Positions 51,247 through 64,000 of a stretch of 64,000 nt of DNA are shown piece after piece. Positions within the stretch are counted from its first letter, which is position 1. Each line of letters starts with the position of its first letter. The notes beneath the pieces were generated by a model. It searched no databases and was not told where the DNA came from. It saw nothing but the letters and a program-made list of their open reading frames with translations. Origin of the DNA: Squalus acanthias (lineage: Eukaryota); assembly GCA_030390025.1 (NCBI GenBank), contig CM059433.1:1860001-1924000 (forward strand), given 5' to 3'. A program made the position numbers and the translations under genes.

Positions 51247-53550
51247 TGCAATTTGATTGAATTCTTTGAGGAGGTAACTAAGTGTGTAGATGAAGGTAGA
51301 GCAGTTGATGTCGTATACATGGATTTTAGTAAGGCGTTTGATAAGGTTCCCATTGCAGACCAATAAATTAAATCATCCTGACTATCTGCCGAGGTGTGAT
51401 AAAGTTAATTAAGTCAGCCAGGAAGGTACCACATCAAAGACATAGCAAGATACAACCGAGACAATGAGGTGTAGTCGCAGGGGTTCTAACGTGTCAAAAG
51501 CTGCCGTCTGTATGTAAAACGAAAAGCTTTAACATTTTTTTACTTTTTTACTGGGAAAATTTTTACTTTTTTACTGGGAATCACATCTGTGAACAAGCTA
51601 ACGACGACTCGAGTCCGGATCACGTCATGTATCGTGACATAAACCCAAGATCCCGATTGAGACCGTCTTCATGAGTGCGGAACTTGGCTATCAGTTTCTG
51701 CTCGATGATTTTGCGTTGTCGTGTGTTTCTAAGGTTGCCTTGGAGAACGCTTACCCGCAGATCCGAGGCTGAATGTCCTTGACTGCTGAAGTGTTCCCCA
51801 ACTGGGAGGTAACAATCCTGCCTGGCGATTGTTGCGCGGTGCTCGTTCATACGTTGTCTCAGTGTCTGCATGGTCTCGCCGATGTACCATGCCGCGGTGC
51901 ATTCTTTCCTGCAACGTATGAGGTAGACAACGTTGGCCGAGTCACATGAGTATGTACCATGTACCTGGTGGGTAGTGTCCTCACGTGTGATGGTGGTATC
52001 TGTGTTGATGATCTGGCATGTCTTGCAGAGTTTGCCATGGCAGGGTTGTGTGGTGTCGTGGTCGCTGTTATCCTGAAAGCTGGGTAATTTGCTGCGAACG
52101 ATGGTACTTCTGAGGTTAGGCGGCTGTTTGAAGGCAAGTAGTGGAGGCGTGGGGATGGCCTTAGCGAGGTGTTTGTCGTCATCGATGACATGTTGAAGGC
52201 TGCGAAGAACATGGCGTAGTTTCTCCGCTCCGGGGAAGTACTGGACGACGTAGGGTACCCTGTTGGTTGTGTCCCGTGTTTGCCTTCTGAGGAGGTCTAT
52301 GCGATTTTTCGCTGTGGCCCGTCGGAACTGTCGATCGATGAGTCGAGCGTCATATCCCGTTCTTACGAGGGCGTTTTTCAGCGTCCGTAGGTGTCCATCG
52401 CGTTCCTCCTCGTCTGAGCAGATCCTGTGTATTCGCAGGGCTTGTCCATAGGGGATGGCTTCTTTAACATAGTTAGGGTGGAAGCTGGATATCTCATAGA
52501 AGGCAGAGGGTGGTGGTGGATGGAACATTTTCGGACTGGAGACCAGTTACCAGCGGTGTGCCACAGGGGTCGGTGCTGGGTCCTCTGCTGTTTGTGATTT
52601 TTATCAATGACTTGGAGGAGGGGACTGAAGGGTGGATCAGTAAATTTGCTGATGACACCAAGATTGGTGGAGTAGTGGATGAGGTGGAGGGCAGTTGTAG
52701 GCTGCAAAGAGACATTGATAGGATGCAGAGCTGGGCCGAAAAATGGCAGATGGAATTTAACCCTGATAAGTGCAAGGTGATTCATTTTGGTAGGGCAAAT
52801 TTGAATAAGGATTACAGGGTCAACGGCAGGGTTCTGAGGAACGTGGAGGAGCAGAGGGATCTGGGGGTTCATATCCACAGATCTCTGAAGGTTGCCACTC
52901 AAGTGGATAGAGCAGTAAAGAAGGCCTATGGTGTGTTGGCGTTTATTAACAGAGGGTTTGAGTTTAAGAACCGTGAGGTTATGCTGCAACTGTACAGGAC
53001 CTTGGTGAGACCACATTTGGAATATTGTGTGCAGTTCTGGTCACCTCACTATAGGAAGGACGTGGAAGCATTGGAAAGAGTGCAAAGGAGATTTACCAGG
53101 ATGCTGCCTGGTTTGGGGGGGGAGGTCTTATGAGGAAAGATTGAGGGAGTTGGGGCTTTTCTCTTTAGAGCGGAGGAGGATGAGAGGCGACTTAATAGAG
53201 GTTTATAAGATGATGAGGGGGATAGATAGAGTGGATGTTCAGAGACTATTTCCTCGGGTAGAGGCAGCTGTTACAAGGGGGCATAACTATAAGGTGCATG
53301 GGGGGAGATATAGAAGGGATGTCCGAGGTAGATTCTTTACTCAGAGAGTGGTTGGGGTGTGGAATGGACTGCCTGCTGTGATAGTGGAGTCGGACACTTT
53401 AGGAACTTTCAAGCGGTTATTGGATAAGCACATGGAGCACACCAGAGTGATAGGGAGTGTGATAGCTTGATCTTGGTCTCGGACAATGCTCGGCACAACA
53501 TCGAGGGCCAAAGGGCCTGTACTGTGCTGTACTGTTCTATGTTCTATGTT
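51247..53550 (+). mobile_element. CR1 fragment in Harbinger-1 ORF2, itself split by Penelope A
   Basis: NLIEFFEEV...KAFDKVP at 51250-51351 resumes as SHRRQRVVVDG at 52490; TAAGC on both flanks. Confidence 0.9.
51352..52489 (-). mobile_element. Penelope family A fragment
   Basis: Near-identical to 3938-5055 in reverse; WYIGET intact; lacks the last about 150 bp including the ribozyme. Confidence 0.93.
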
Positions 53551-54349
53551 AAGCATTAGTGTGGCATCCGCCTGTGCTACAGCGAAGTGCTCCACACTCC
53601 TTGCCAGTGACTCAATGCATTCGGGCACCCTTCTCACTGCACCCATGAGCTCAGTGTGCATGCCCACCGCCTGTGTGTTCATTTCTGCGATCAGCCGCTC
53701 CTCCTCTGCGTCCAGTGCAGTAGGAGTCGCTGGTATACTCTCCCTCTGGGGAGAAGGCCCCCGTTCTTCCCTACCCCCCCCATGGCGTTGCTGCAGCCCG
53801 CTGGGTCCTGGAGCTTCACCCTCATCAGCCCCTTCCCCCCTGCTCCCCTCCAGGGAAGGCGTGTTCCCAGTGTGGGCATGGGCTTCCTCGGGAGAGGGTG
53901 GCACTGATGCTCCGGCTTCCTCTTCCTCCTCAGCTGCAGCATCACTCCCAGTGGCAGCTTCAGGGCCCGTCTCCTCAGCTGGTGAATCACCATCTGAAAG
54001 CAGGGAGGTACAAGAGTGGCTTTAGCGTGAGGACAGGGTGGCAGTAAGGGAGGAATAAGTGCAGCGAGTTAGCAAGTTGGATTGAAAGTGTCAAAGGCTG
54101 GTGTTGTGAGGGACAAGTGGAAGGACAGAGGACAAAAAGGTGATGACCTTACCATTGCTGTCCAGAACGGGGTCGGCGTCTCCAGTGGCGACGGGACCGA
54201 TCACCCGGCTTGCCACAATCCTGTGGACGCGCTCCTCAAGATCGCTGAGGGGTTGCAGCTGAGGCCGCCCTCCACCTGTCCGTTGCTGCTGTCTCCTATT
54301 ATGAGCCAGCTTGGCCTGCAAGAAAAAGGACAGCATCTGAGTAAATATA

Positions 54350-54511
54350 CAGCCATGGTCTTGCCTGATGTGCCTCCCATAGATGAATAGCCCTTACTGT
54401 ATGCAGCCATGGTCTTGCCTGATGTGCCTCCCATAGGTGAATAGCCCTTACTGTATGCAGCCATGGTCTTGCCTGATGTGCCTCCCATAGGTGAATAGCC
54501 CTTACTGTATG
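54350..54511. repeat. 54-bp tandem repeat x3 in Harbinger-1 ORF2 intron 1
   Basis: Units start at 54350, 54404 and 54458. Confidence 0.95.
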
Positions 54512-55371
54512 CAAAGTGTGGAATGTGTGTGTGTGTTTGATGAAAGGGCCATAGGTGTTGGATGAGTGTTGTGCATTGGGGTTTTAAGACCCTCTGGCCA
54601 TAGAGTGAGGTTGAGATGGAGGGATGGAGAGGTATTGAGAAAAAGCCACTCACCCTGACGACCCGAGTGAGGTCGTTGAACTTTTTGCGGCATTGAGTAT
54701 GGGTCCTGGGCACCATGCTCCTGGAGGAGACGCTCTGAGCCACCTCCCTCCACACTCTTCTGAACTCGCGTGGCAAAGGCCTCCTGCCACTCTCAATGAA
54801 GAGCATACATCGTCTGCGCTCCACCGCGCCAACCAGAGCATCAAAGGCCCGCTTGGTGAAGCGATGAGCGCGTTCTCTCACCCTCTCCATGCTTGGCAGC
54901 AAAATGGATTCACAGGTCTCTCCAGGCCGAGATTCAAGGCTGCAATGAGCAGGGTGTGGCTGGGGAGCAAGTGGCCCCCCCCGCTTTAAGAAGTGGCCGG
55001 CGCCAGTGTGTCTGTGTTCCCTCGCTAACTGGCAGCAGCTGTGCTGCGCTCGCGCGCTGAATTAGCGCCTCACTCCTTGGCCTTTGTGCCTTAAGACAGG
55101 TGTGCAGCGCCTGCTTTAGCGCTCCACTCACCTCCCGGGGCGGTAAAAGTGAAGTTTCCAGTCAGTGCCGATAATTAGCGCCAGGCGCTAATATTTGCGT
55201 CCAGACGATATTTGCGCCCCAAATGGGGCGCGACCTAATTTCTACCCCAATGTCTCTTAACCTCTCCTGCCTTCTATCCTATCACAGACCTTCCCTTTTG
55301 TTCTTTCATCCCCTCCCCCATTTCTCAGCCCCTACACTGGCTTAAAAATCTGTTCCATTTCCTGCTTTTTT

Positions 55372-55410
55372 CCAGTTCTGACGAAAGGTCATCGACCTGA
55401 AACGTTAACT
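55372..55410 (+). ncRNA. Hammerhead ribozyme motif (Penelope B)
   Basis: CCAGTT-CTGACGA-A-AGGTC/GACCT-GAAA-CGTTAACT; palindromic AACGTT. Confidence 0.72.
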
Positions 55411-55624
55411 CTGTTTCTCTCTTCACAGATGCTGCCTGACCTGCTGAGTATTTCCAGCATTTTCTGTTTTTATTTTGGATTTCCAGCATCTGCAGTATTT
55501 TCTTTTTGTTGAAGAACTTGTATGTGGCCTGGAGTTTCCTGGAAATCGGGCGGGGTGTACAACACCGAGTTTAGCGCCCAGCAATGAAAGTTAAAATCTA
55601 CCCTGATGACCTAGTCTGCTTCAG

Positions 55625-55890
55625 TGCTGCCGGTTGAGGGATAAACATTGGCCAGGACACGGAGAACCCCCTGCTGTTTTTCAATTAGTGCCATGGGATT
55701 TTTATGTACATCCGAGAGGACAGAAAGGGCCTCGGTTTAACATCTCACCCAAAAGACGGCGCCTCCAACAATGCAGCACTCCCTCAGTACTGCGCTGGGA
55801 GTGTGTGGATTAGATTATACGCTGAACTCCTGGAGTAAGGCCTGAGCCTATGACCTCCTGACAGAGGAAGTGCTTCCACTGAGCCAAGGT
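55625..55890 (-). mobile_element. tRNA-headed Deu-domain SINE (SacSINE1/AmnSINE1-like), degraded
   Basis: A-box TGGCTCAGTGG, then GCAGTACTGAGGGAGTGCTGCATTG...GTTAAACCGAGGCC...ATCCCATGGCACTA...TTTATCCCTCAACC, recognised from memory of the Deu domain. Confidence 0.78.
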
Positions 55891-56153
55891 TCAGGAAAGC
55901 ATGCTAAAACTATACTTACTAATAAACAATTAATTTAGATTGTTCTGAATAGTAATCTCAATTTTCATCTTTAGTGATTCCAGCACAGACTTATGCACAC
56001 CAGGAACAGGTAATGGGACATGCTCATATTCGCAATTTGCGCTCCCAATACATGGATCTCTGCGCTCAGGGTGCTAAAAACAAAATCTGATCCGATTAAG
56101 TTATAAGTTTGTTCTGTACCTGCAGATCAAATTTTCTTTTGAGCTATTTATAA

Positions 56154-56460
56154 GCACCTCCAAAACCCGCGACCTCTTCCCCCTAGAAGGACAAGGGCAG
56201 CAGGCGCATGGGAACACCACCACCTCCAAGTTCCCCTCCAAGTCACACACCATCCTCACTTAGAAGTATATCGCCGATCCTTCATCGTCGCTGGGTCAAA
56301 ATCCTGGAACTCCCTCCCTAACAGCACTGTGGGAGTACCTTCACCACACAGACTGCAGCGGTTCAAGCAGGCAGCTCACCACCACCTTCTCAAGGGCAAT
56401 TAGGGATGGGCAATAAATGCTGGCCTTGTCAGTGACACCCACATCCCATAAACGAATAAA
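56154..56460 (+). mobile_element. LINE family B 3' end
   Basis: Reverse complement of 28115-28334 plus 29120-29205. Confidence 0.88.
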
Positions 56461-56515
56461 AATAAAAGTACATTGTATTTTTCTCAGTATCTTTTCAAAT
56501 GTTGTGCATTTAAAG

Positions 56516-56790
56516 AAAAGTAAAGGCATAAATGAAGAGTAATAAGTTCAAGTACCATTCCCGCACTGCAGGAAATAATGTAAAGCACTTCTCTGAAGCA
56601 CGGCACTCAAGGTAACTTAACAAGCAGCAGATTTCACTGGGATAGATCACAAGATCCAAAGAGTTTGACCCCTATTACCCACTGACCTTCCCTTCACTAA
56701 ATTCCAATATCACTGGTCACTTTTGTATTCATGTGACATTCCATTTTATTTTCACATTCCAGGAGTTTTGTCCAAAATTACTTCCACATC
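56516..56790 (+). repeat. About 275-bp direct duplicate of 39909-40182
   Basis: Colinear with scattered substitutions; both end in TTACTTCCACATC. Confidence 0.9.
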
Positions 56791-57781
56791 ATGTCTCCTC
56801 ACTTACAGGTTCTAAGCATTTAAATGAGACTTTTGTTGCTTTTAACGATTCTCAATTTATTATTTTCAAGAGACTTTAAAGATCAGAAGGATACCTGAAA
56901 TTATGGTGTGACTACTTCTCCATGAGCATGGTCTGTACTAGTTACTTGCCTGAGGCACAAAACCAGAACAATTACACCCTTGGATCTGCCTCATCAGATT
57001 TACGAGAAAAATGTTTAGTGCAGTTATGTGCAGTCGGAATAGATGCCGGAAGGAACAACCCTAGAGATCCCAACCACAGACGCCTCACACAGAAGTGGTC
57101 CTTCCTTTTGGTTGTGTGGGTTTTTTTCCCCCATATTTTTTGTTCTTCTTTAGGTATATCACATTCAATATTCATTATGTGAGAAGGCTGGGAGGTAGTC
57201 TACTCCTAGGCCTCAGTCAAATCCTGTGCTGCAGCTAGACACCAGGAGCTGTACAAAAGTAGCCCTTTGATAGTTCCTCCCTTCATGTGTAGACAATTTG
57301 ACTGAAATTGGAGATTCATGAAATGGGAAATTACACTTGTAAGACAATTTGTTTGCACCCTGTTGCAGAGTGTATTGCACGACTACACTTTCCTGGCTAT
57401 AAACCTATTACAAAGCTATGATACTAGAGGTGGGACTCTGTGGTCCCACCTTCTTAGCAGAGTTCCCCAGTTTGTGGAAGAGCGCTCAGGGTCCTATCTA
57501 TTCAGTGTACTGACTCTGACTGCTCCTTCCTGTTGCGATTTGCCTTTATCTAAGGCCTGTTGACTGTTGCTGGGAGAAGAGCCTAACTTTGAAGATGCAG
57601 GATAAGGCTGAGGAAATGCTCTGTTTTAAAAGGTTTCCTCTTTCATTTACAAGAAAAAGAAACCAAAGAAAGAATGTTGCGCTGCACATTGCGTTCTGTT
57701 TTTAAAACCTGAAGGACTGGTAACAGAAGGTACACTGGTCGGCTAAAGACTCCTAAGGTTTGACTACATTTATAAAAATAT

Positions 57782-58260
57782 AACATCCCCAGCATCGAAG
57801 CTTTGACCACGCTCGATCAGCTCTGATGGACGGGTCACATCGTCCGCATGCCCGATACGAGACTCCCAAAGCAAGCGCTCTACTCGGAGCTCCGACACGG
57901 CAAGAGAGCCCCAGGTGGGCAGAGGAAATGCTTCAAGGACACCCTCAAAGCCTCCTTGAAAAAGTGCAACATCCCCACCGACACCTGGGAAACCCTGGCC
58001 CAAGACCGCACAAAGTGGAGGAGAAGCATCCGGGAAGGCACCGAAAACCTTGAGTCTCTTCGCCGGGAGCAAGCGGAAGCCAAGCGCAAGGAGCGCACGT
58101 CAACCCAAGTACCCCACCCACCCGCCCCCTTCAACCACCGTCTGCCCCACCTGTGACAGAGACTGTAGGTCCCGCATTGGACTCATCAGTCACCTGAGAA
58201 CTCATTTTTAGTGTGGAAGCAAGTCATCCTCAGTTCCGAGGGACTGCCGAAGAGAGAGAG
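57782..58260 (+). mobile_element. RTE LINE 3' fragment
   Basis: Near-identical to the reverse complement of 18710-19187. Confidence 0.92.
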
Positions 58261-58599
58261 AAGAGAGAAAAATATAAGAAATCCTAAAATGATAAAAGGT
58301 CGTTTGGCCCATCAAACCACAGCATATGTGCAACTTACCATCTCACAGGTTCTATCGCATCTATATTATCTCCTAAAGGTCAATTCTGTACAAAATTCTC
58401 TGATCCCCAAAAATAATCAAGCAAAACTCAAGGATTTTCATTCATCCTCACATCTCCCCATTTTAACCGTGGCTTGCTACTCTTCATAGACAACCCCCAC
58501 CCCCCACCAGTAGAGGATTGAATGCCATGGAGCATTGAATTATGTCAGTTTATATCTATCCCATTCTCAAACAGATGCTTAAGTTGCTCCTCTTTCAAG

Positions 58600-61170
58600 G
58601 AATTAAGCAATAGAACCTCAATTGCAGTTTTTTGTTATCTTTAGCCTTGTTTAAGGTTTGTTAATTTTAAACATATGTTCTCTAGTTTTGTTTCCACCAT
58701 CTAAATCAAATCTATGTCGATTATGCCTCTCGGTATTTTAAAGAACTGGATGATGTTTAATCTTAATCTTACTCTCTCAATGAAAATAAGATCAGTTCTG
58801 TGGGCCTCTCCTCGTAACTTAGTTCCAGAACCATCCTTGCTGTTCATCTCTGAACCTTCTCTGGTGCATTAATGTCTTTCTGAAGGTAGAGTGCCAAAAA
58901 CTGCACATTATATTCCAAATGTGGCATTAACAGTTATAGGTTAGATATTTTTATCACTTCAAAATGTATCCTAGTATTAATTAACTTTGCTGATAACAAT
59001 TTCACACTGACTGGAAACTTCAGTGAATAGTCAATGATCCCAGCCACATCCTTTTCCTTCTCTGTTTTTGGTTAAAGGACACATTTCATTGTGTATATAT
59101 GCCTGCTGTTTCCTGCTTCAAAGCGCATTGCATAACATTTATCTACATTTAAAATCCATCTTTCATTTCTTAGCCGATCTGCATAATTGGACCAGGTCTC
59201 GTTCAATGCTGCCTGGCCACATTAATTAGCACCATCATCAAATGTTATATTATTATTCAAGGTTATCTCCTCCAGTCATGTATCAATATTGTGACCAAGG
59301 AGGGCCCAGAATAGACCGCCATGTAACGCTGCTAGTCACTTCCACCCAGATAGAGCTACTTCCATTTATCACCATCTTCTTTCCTATTGCCAAGTCAGTT
59401 TTCAATCCATATAGCTAATGTGCCATTATTTCCATGAGATTTAACTTGCCTTAAAAGTTTCATGTGCAGCATTTTATCAAACTTTTTCTGATAATCCAAA
59501 GAAAATATATCCTCGGAACAATGTTCAACCACCAATTTTCTACCGCACTTATAGAATTCCAGGAGCTTCGTGAGGTTTACTGCCCTGAACCCTGTGGTGA
59601 AAGATTTGACCAGCGAAGAGCTCGCTACAATGAGAAACGAACAATTGAACAAGCAATCACCCAAGAAATTTTGCACATGTCCAGCAACCAGTTAGAGAGC
59701 AGCTTTGCAGTTGCTCTGCGAGTATGTTCGCCTCTCCTCTTAGCTGAGGAAATGGATGTGAACAAAATAAAACTCACACAGAAAAAATACTGTGTGTCAG
59801 GGATGTACAGTGAGTGCACGATCCTTCCACCTTTGTACCCAGGTTTGAATCTGGTCAGTGGTTTTTAGTTGTTGCTTGTAAGTGTCCTACAAGAAATAGA
59901 AGCTTAGAAGTTTAGAGCAGAGAAGGAGGCCATTTGGCTCATCATGTCTGTGTCAGTGCCAAAACTAATCCGCTGTCCTGCTGGTTCCTGATAGTCTTGT
60001 ATCTTTCTCAGCTTCAAATATTTATCCAGGATTCTCTTAAAAACTGCCGTGCACCTCAAACACTCCCTGTCACAAAGGATCCCATGCTCCAACAATCCTC
60101 TGTGTAAAGACATTCCTCCTAACCCCTCTCTTCACTTTTTTGGTGATGATTTTGAATTGATGACCCCTCGTCCCCACCTCCCCAACCAGAGAAAATAATC
60201 TTTCCTTATTTGCCAAAATGCTTCAGAATTTTAAAAACATTAATAAAATGTCTTCTCTGCTCCTGTGGAAATAGTATCAGTATCTCAACTCACTCCTCGT
60301 AACTATAGTTTCTCATCCCTGACAACATCCTGGTGAATCTATGTGTACACTCTTGATGGCTTTAAGCCCTCTCTATACTGGGCTGCCCAAAACTACACAT
60401 AGGAGTCTTAACTGTGGCCAACCAATGCTTTCTAAAGAATTAATTACTCTTATTAGCTATGCCCCTATTTATAAAACCCAAACTTCTATAGGCTTTTTTT
60501 TTAATAGCTTTACCTATCTGCACTTATACTTTCAAAGAATCACGTATTTAAACCCCTAAGTCTCTCAGTTCATCCATATCTTTCAGTGTCTTTCCATTGA
60601 GTGTATATTCCCATTCATTATTTTTTCTCACACTTACCAACACTTTAAATTACATCTGCCACATGTTTGCCCATTCCACCGACCTGTCTATGTCTTCCGA
60701 AGTCTTCTACATTCCTTATTGCTCTTTGCCAAACTTCCTACTTTTGTGTTGTCAGCATATTTTGAGATTGTATTTCCTATACCCCAATCTAAATCATCTA
60801 TATAGACCGATAACAAAAGTGGAACCAGCACTGACCCCTGGGATACATCACTACCAACCCTTCCTAGTCGGAGCGACACCCATTTACTCTAACTTTGTGT
60901 TACCTCTCTGTCAACCAACTTTCAATGCTGCTACATTTCCTCTTATACCATCTGAACTTTTCTAACAAGCCTCTTCTGAGATAAATTATTGAATGCCTTC
61001 CGAAAATCTATATCCACAGCATCAAATACTGTCAAATGCAACTTACCTATAACAAATCCATGCTGATATTCCTTGATTAACCCATGCATTTCTAAATGCT
61101 TACTAATTTTATCCTGAAATATGGATTCAAAGAGATTTCCCACAATTGATGTTAGACAAACTGGTCTGCA
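58600..61170 (-). mobile_element. Two or more old, heavily decayed CR1 copies
   Basis: Remnant motifs QHGF, DFRKAF, QGSVL and KYADN; boundaries approximate. Confidence 0.7.
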
Positions 61171-62289
61171 GTTTAACTAACTGGTTAGGTAGCTCAATCA
61201 AGTGAAAAGAGGCTCTTAGCATATAGCTGCCATCAATTCAACACAAACTGGAACTAACTGGCAACCTGACTCAGGTTATAAGGGTGGCGAGTGTGGCTCA
61301 GTAAGGATGTCCTCCTGAAGTCAGGTCTAAAGCACATTTTTAAAGCGGAGGGAAACTTTTTTTTTATAGAAAAACATTCTTATCACAAAATAGTTTATGT
61401 TTCTTCCATAAATAGCAGAAGGAAGAATTTCAGCCCAGTCTGAGCGCTAATCCTGAGCTACAAGATTATGCTACATGCTAGAAAATATGCATTCCCATCC
61501 ACTGTATAATTTCCTCAGATCAGACAGCCCTCATATGGCTCTCAGCTCAGTCTGAGTTCCTTCCTGTCCTTCACAATGGAGGCCCTCCAGAATGGTCCCG
61601 ATAATTGACGTCACTGGAGTGGCCTAGTAGGGACGAAGACCATAATTGAGGGCTTCCATTGTTCCAATCATTTTGAAGCTTTTAAAAGAAACATCAGGAA
61701 GTATTCTTGGGAGAACTATTTTTTTTTCTATAAAACTGGAGAGCACTTCTAACTAGAAATACTCACCCTGGACTTTCATTTCCTTTCGATGAAGAGTACA
61801 GGTAACTTTACTCTGCATATGGCTGCAAAATATATGGCTTAGAAGTGTTTGAAGCTGGCACTGCGTGACCAAACTCAAAAAAAAGCTTCATTCCCCCACA
61901 CAGACATCTATCAGCTTGATAATTATGAAAATTCACCAAAACAATTTGGGGGAAAAAGTGCTGCATTGGGTCACTTTATAATCTTTACCTTAAATCATTA
62001 CAATGGGGGAGAAATTTAACTCACGGCTGTCCATTTTACCAAAAAACAGGTGGCCAGGAGTTTAAAATCGGGGGTTCACACCACCAAACATGGCAATGGC
62101 CCAAACTTTCCATACATACCCACAACCCAGTTCTGTCCGTTTACAATTAAGGTCACCAGATTATGGCAACTGAAGTCAAATTCCGTTTTTAATGCATGGG
62201 ATTCCAAAATTTTTACTGTTGTTTTGAAGATTCCATGAGTCTATCTATTTTTTTGTGGAAGCTGTAAATCAGTGTCCTTACTAACTTGT

Positions 62290-62565
62290 GACCCCACCTC
62301 AATGTCTGAGTTGTATTTTGCTATGTCTTTGATATAATGTCTTCCTGACTGATCTGATTGTCTCTCTGCCGAGGTGTGATAAAAGGCAGTCAGATAGATT
62401 AACTGTAGTGGTCTGACATTGTACGCTACACAGGCATTGTTCTCTGTCTATATATGCTTTGCCGATTCGTATTCTTCACTTCACCTGACTAAGCTCCGAA
62501 AGCTTGTGATTTCAAATAAAACTGTTGGACTATAACCTGGTGTTGTGCGACTTCTCACTTTTTTA
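62290..62565 (+). mobile_element. Penelope A-related 3' end with deleted ribozyme core
   Basis: Matches 4915-5210; reads CTGA-CTAAGCTCCGAAAGCTTGTG, lacking part of the core and the 5' arm of stem II. Confidence 0.85.
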
Positions 62566-63149
62566 CTAACTTGGTCATGTGTGCAGATTGTGCAATATTT
62601 AAACCAAATTGTGGTTGTTATTACACTGTTATTATAAACTACATTTTGCTGCTAAAAATGCTTGCCATTCCGCCGGACTTTAGGTGGAAATGCACCAGAA
62701 TGGCCGCAAACTCTGCTGGGATGCAGATGTGTCAGATCTTGACCATCAAACTGTACATCCAAGATGGTCAACACCCACCACGACAAGACCATCGATGTGA
62801 GTGGGAGGTAGATCTAGTCCTCAGGTTGGGAGTGCCCAACACACCAGCCCTCAGTGTGGGACCTGATGTTGGGTCAACGCAGCTACACCTGGTCTCACCA
62901 GGCATGCCTCACCGCTGAGGGCTGACGCACGGATCACCTCGGGTCCAGGCCAGGATGCAAATTATTTAAAAAAATTACAAGTAACCCCCGGACACAGCCA
63001 CTGGCCTAACAAATTTCAACTAGTGTTTCTGGCCTCTTTCCCTGACCCCGTGATCTTTGATGGGATCAGTGGAGGAGGCCCATCCCAGCACTTGCAAATC
63101 TTGGATGTGCTTCACTGTGGATTTTTTAAGTTGTTCTTAACAACTCTAC

Positions 63150-63500
63150 TTCTGTGCAATCCACATGAAGATCTCTGGACTTATTATACACTTAAAAAAA
63201 GATGTCAAGGCCTTGGAGAGGGTGCAGAGGGGATTTACTGGAATGGTACCAGGAATGAGGGACTTTAGTTATGTGGAGAGACTACAGAAGCTGAAATTGT
63301 TCTCCTTAGAGCAGAAAAGGTTAAAGGGAGATTTAATAGAGGTGCTCAAAATTATGAAGGGTTTTGATACGAGTAAATAAGGAGAAACTGTTTCCACTGG
63401 TAGGAGGGTCGATAATGGGGGGGGGGGGGCACAGATTTAAGGTAATTGGCAAAAGAACCGGGGGGGGGGAGGGGAGATGAGGATTTTTTGTTTACACAGC
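63150..63500 (+). mobile_element. Decayed CR1 3' fragment
   Basis: KDVKALERVQR...LFSLEQKRLKGDLIEV. Confidence 0.82.
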
Positions 63501-63963
63501 GAGTTCACCCATCTCCCCTGTGCTCGCTGACCTACATTGGCTCCCGGTTAAGCAGCGCCTCGATTGCCAAATTCTCATATTTGTTTTCAAATCCCTCCAT
63601 GGCCTCGCCCCTCCCTATCTCTGTAATCTCCTTCAGCCCCACAACCCCCCGAGATATCTGCGCTCCTCTAATTCTGCCCTCTTGAACATCCCTGATTATA
63701 ATCGCTCAACCTTTGGTGGCCGTGCCTTCTGTTGCCTGGGCCCTAAGCTCTGGAATTCCCCGCCTAAACCTCTCCACCTCGCTACCTCTCTTTCCTCCTT
63801 TAAGGCGCTCCTTAAAACCAACCTCTTTGACCAAGCTTTTGGTCACCTGCCCTAATTTCTTATGTGGCTCAGTGTTAAATTTTTCTCTTATGACACTCCT
63901 GTGAAGCGCCTTGGGACGTTTTACTACACTAAAGGCGCTATATAAATAGAAGTTGTTGTTGTT
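63500..63963 (+). mobile_element. L2-type LINE 3' end
   Basis: LADLHWLPV...GGRAF...LWNS motifs; (GTT)n tail. Confidence 0.88.
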
Positions 63964-64000
63964 GAGTTGTTATGATCTGGAATGCACCGTCTGAAAAGGT

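Larger units (their letters stand above)
50707..54890 (-). pseudogene. Harbinger-1 Myb/SANT-like ORF2, three exons, broken by the CR1/Penelope insert
   Basis: Exon 1 54890-54654 (79 codons, WREVA...QCRKKFNDL|GTGAGT), exon 2 54315-54153 and exon 3 from 53993 join in frame through GT-AG introns. Exon 3 is cut at 53550/51246 and carries a nearby 1-nt frameshift. Confidence 0.88.
48743..55248 (+). mobile_element. Harbinger-1, a full-length PIF/Harbinger DNA transposon
   Basis: TIRs GGGGTAAAAATT / AATTTCTACCCC; TSD AAT; convergent transposase and Myb/SANT genes. Confidence 0.96.
48211..55510 (+). mobile_element. Penelope family B 3' fragment split by Harbinger-1
   Basis: GIY-YIG at 48211-48562; pLTR resumes at 55252; 13-bp TSD GAAGAACTTGTAT at 48198-48210 and 55511-55523. 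Confidence 0.9.

Noticed and set aside
55840..55890. tRNA gene
   Set aside because: Only a decayed A-box SINE head; no cloverleaf.
59464..59868. 134-aa plus-strand ORF or exon
   Set aside because: Its first half is antisense to a decayed CR1 RT; no recognisable homology.

Overview
This is eukaryotic, almost entirely transposon-derived DNA. The repeat mix (CR1 LINEs with an esterase ORF1, a Deu-domain SINE, RTE and L2 LINEs, Penelope-like elements) suggests a cartilaginous fish; that assignment is inference. The window holds: a decayed Ty3/Gypsy LTR retrotransposon (1-6588); many CR1 copies, one full length at about 41180-47265; two Penelope-like families carrying hammerhead-ribozyme motifs; and several PIF/Harbinger DNA transposons. 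One Harbinger (48743-55248) has an intact DDE transposase, a three-exon Myb/SANT partner gene and three about 893-bp non-autonomous copies nearby. A second, older Harbinger (27655-38673) has become a nest of insertions. The most notable patterns are: reciprocal antisense nesting of the same CR1 subfamily and the same Penelope family at two loci; a 23-nt intronic motif shared by two divergent Harbingers next to independent tandem expansions; and a 31-bp minisatellite present as two inverted arrays. No host gene could be identified, only low-confidence candidate exons. There is no CRISPR array, rRNA or true tRNA gene, and I cannot claim a proven new system from sequence alone.
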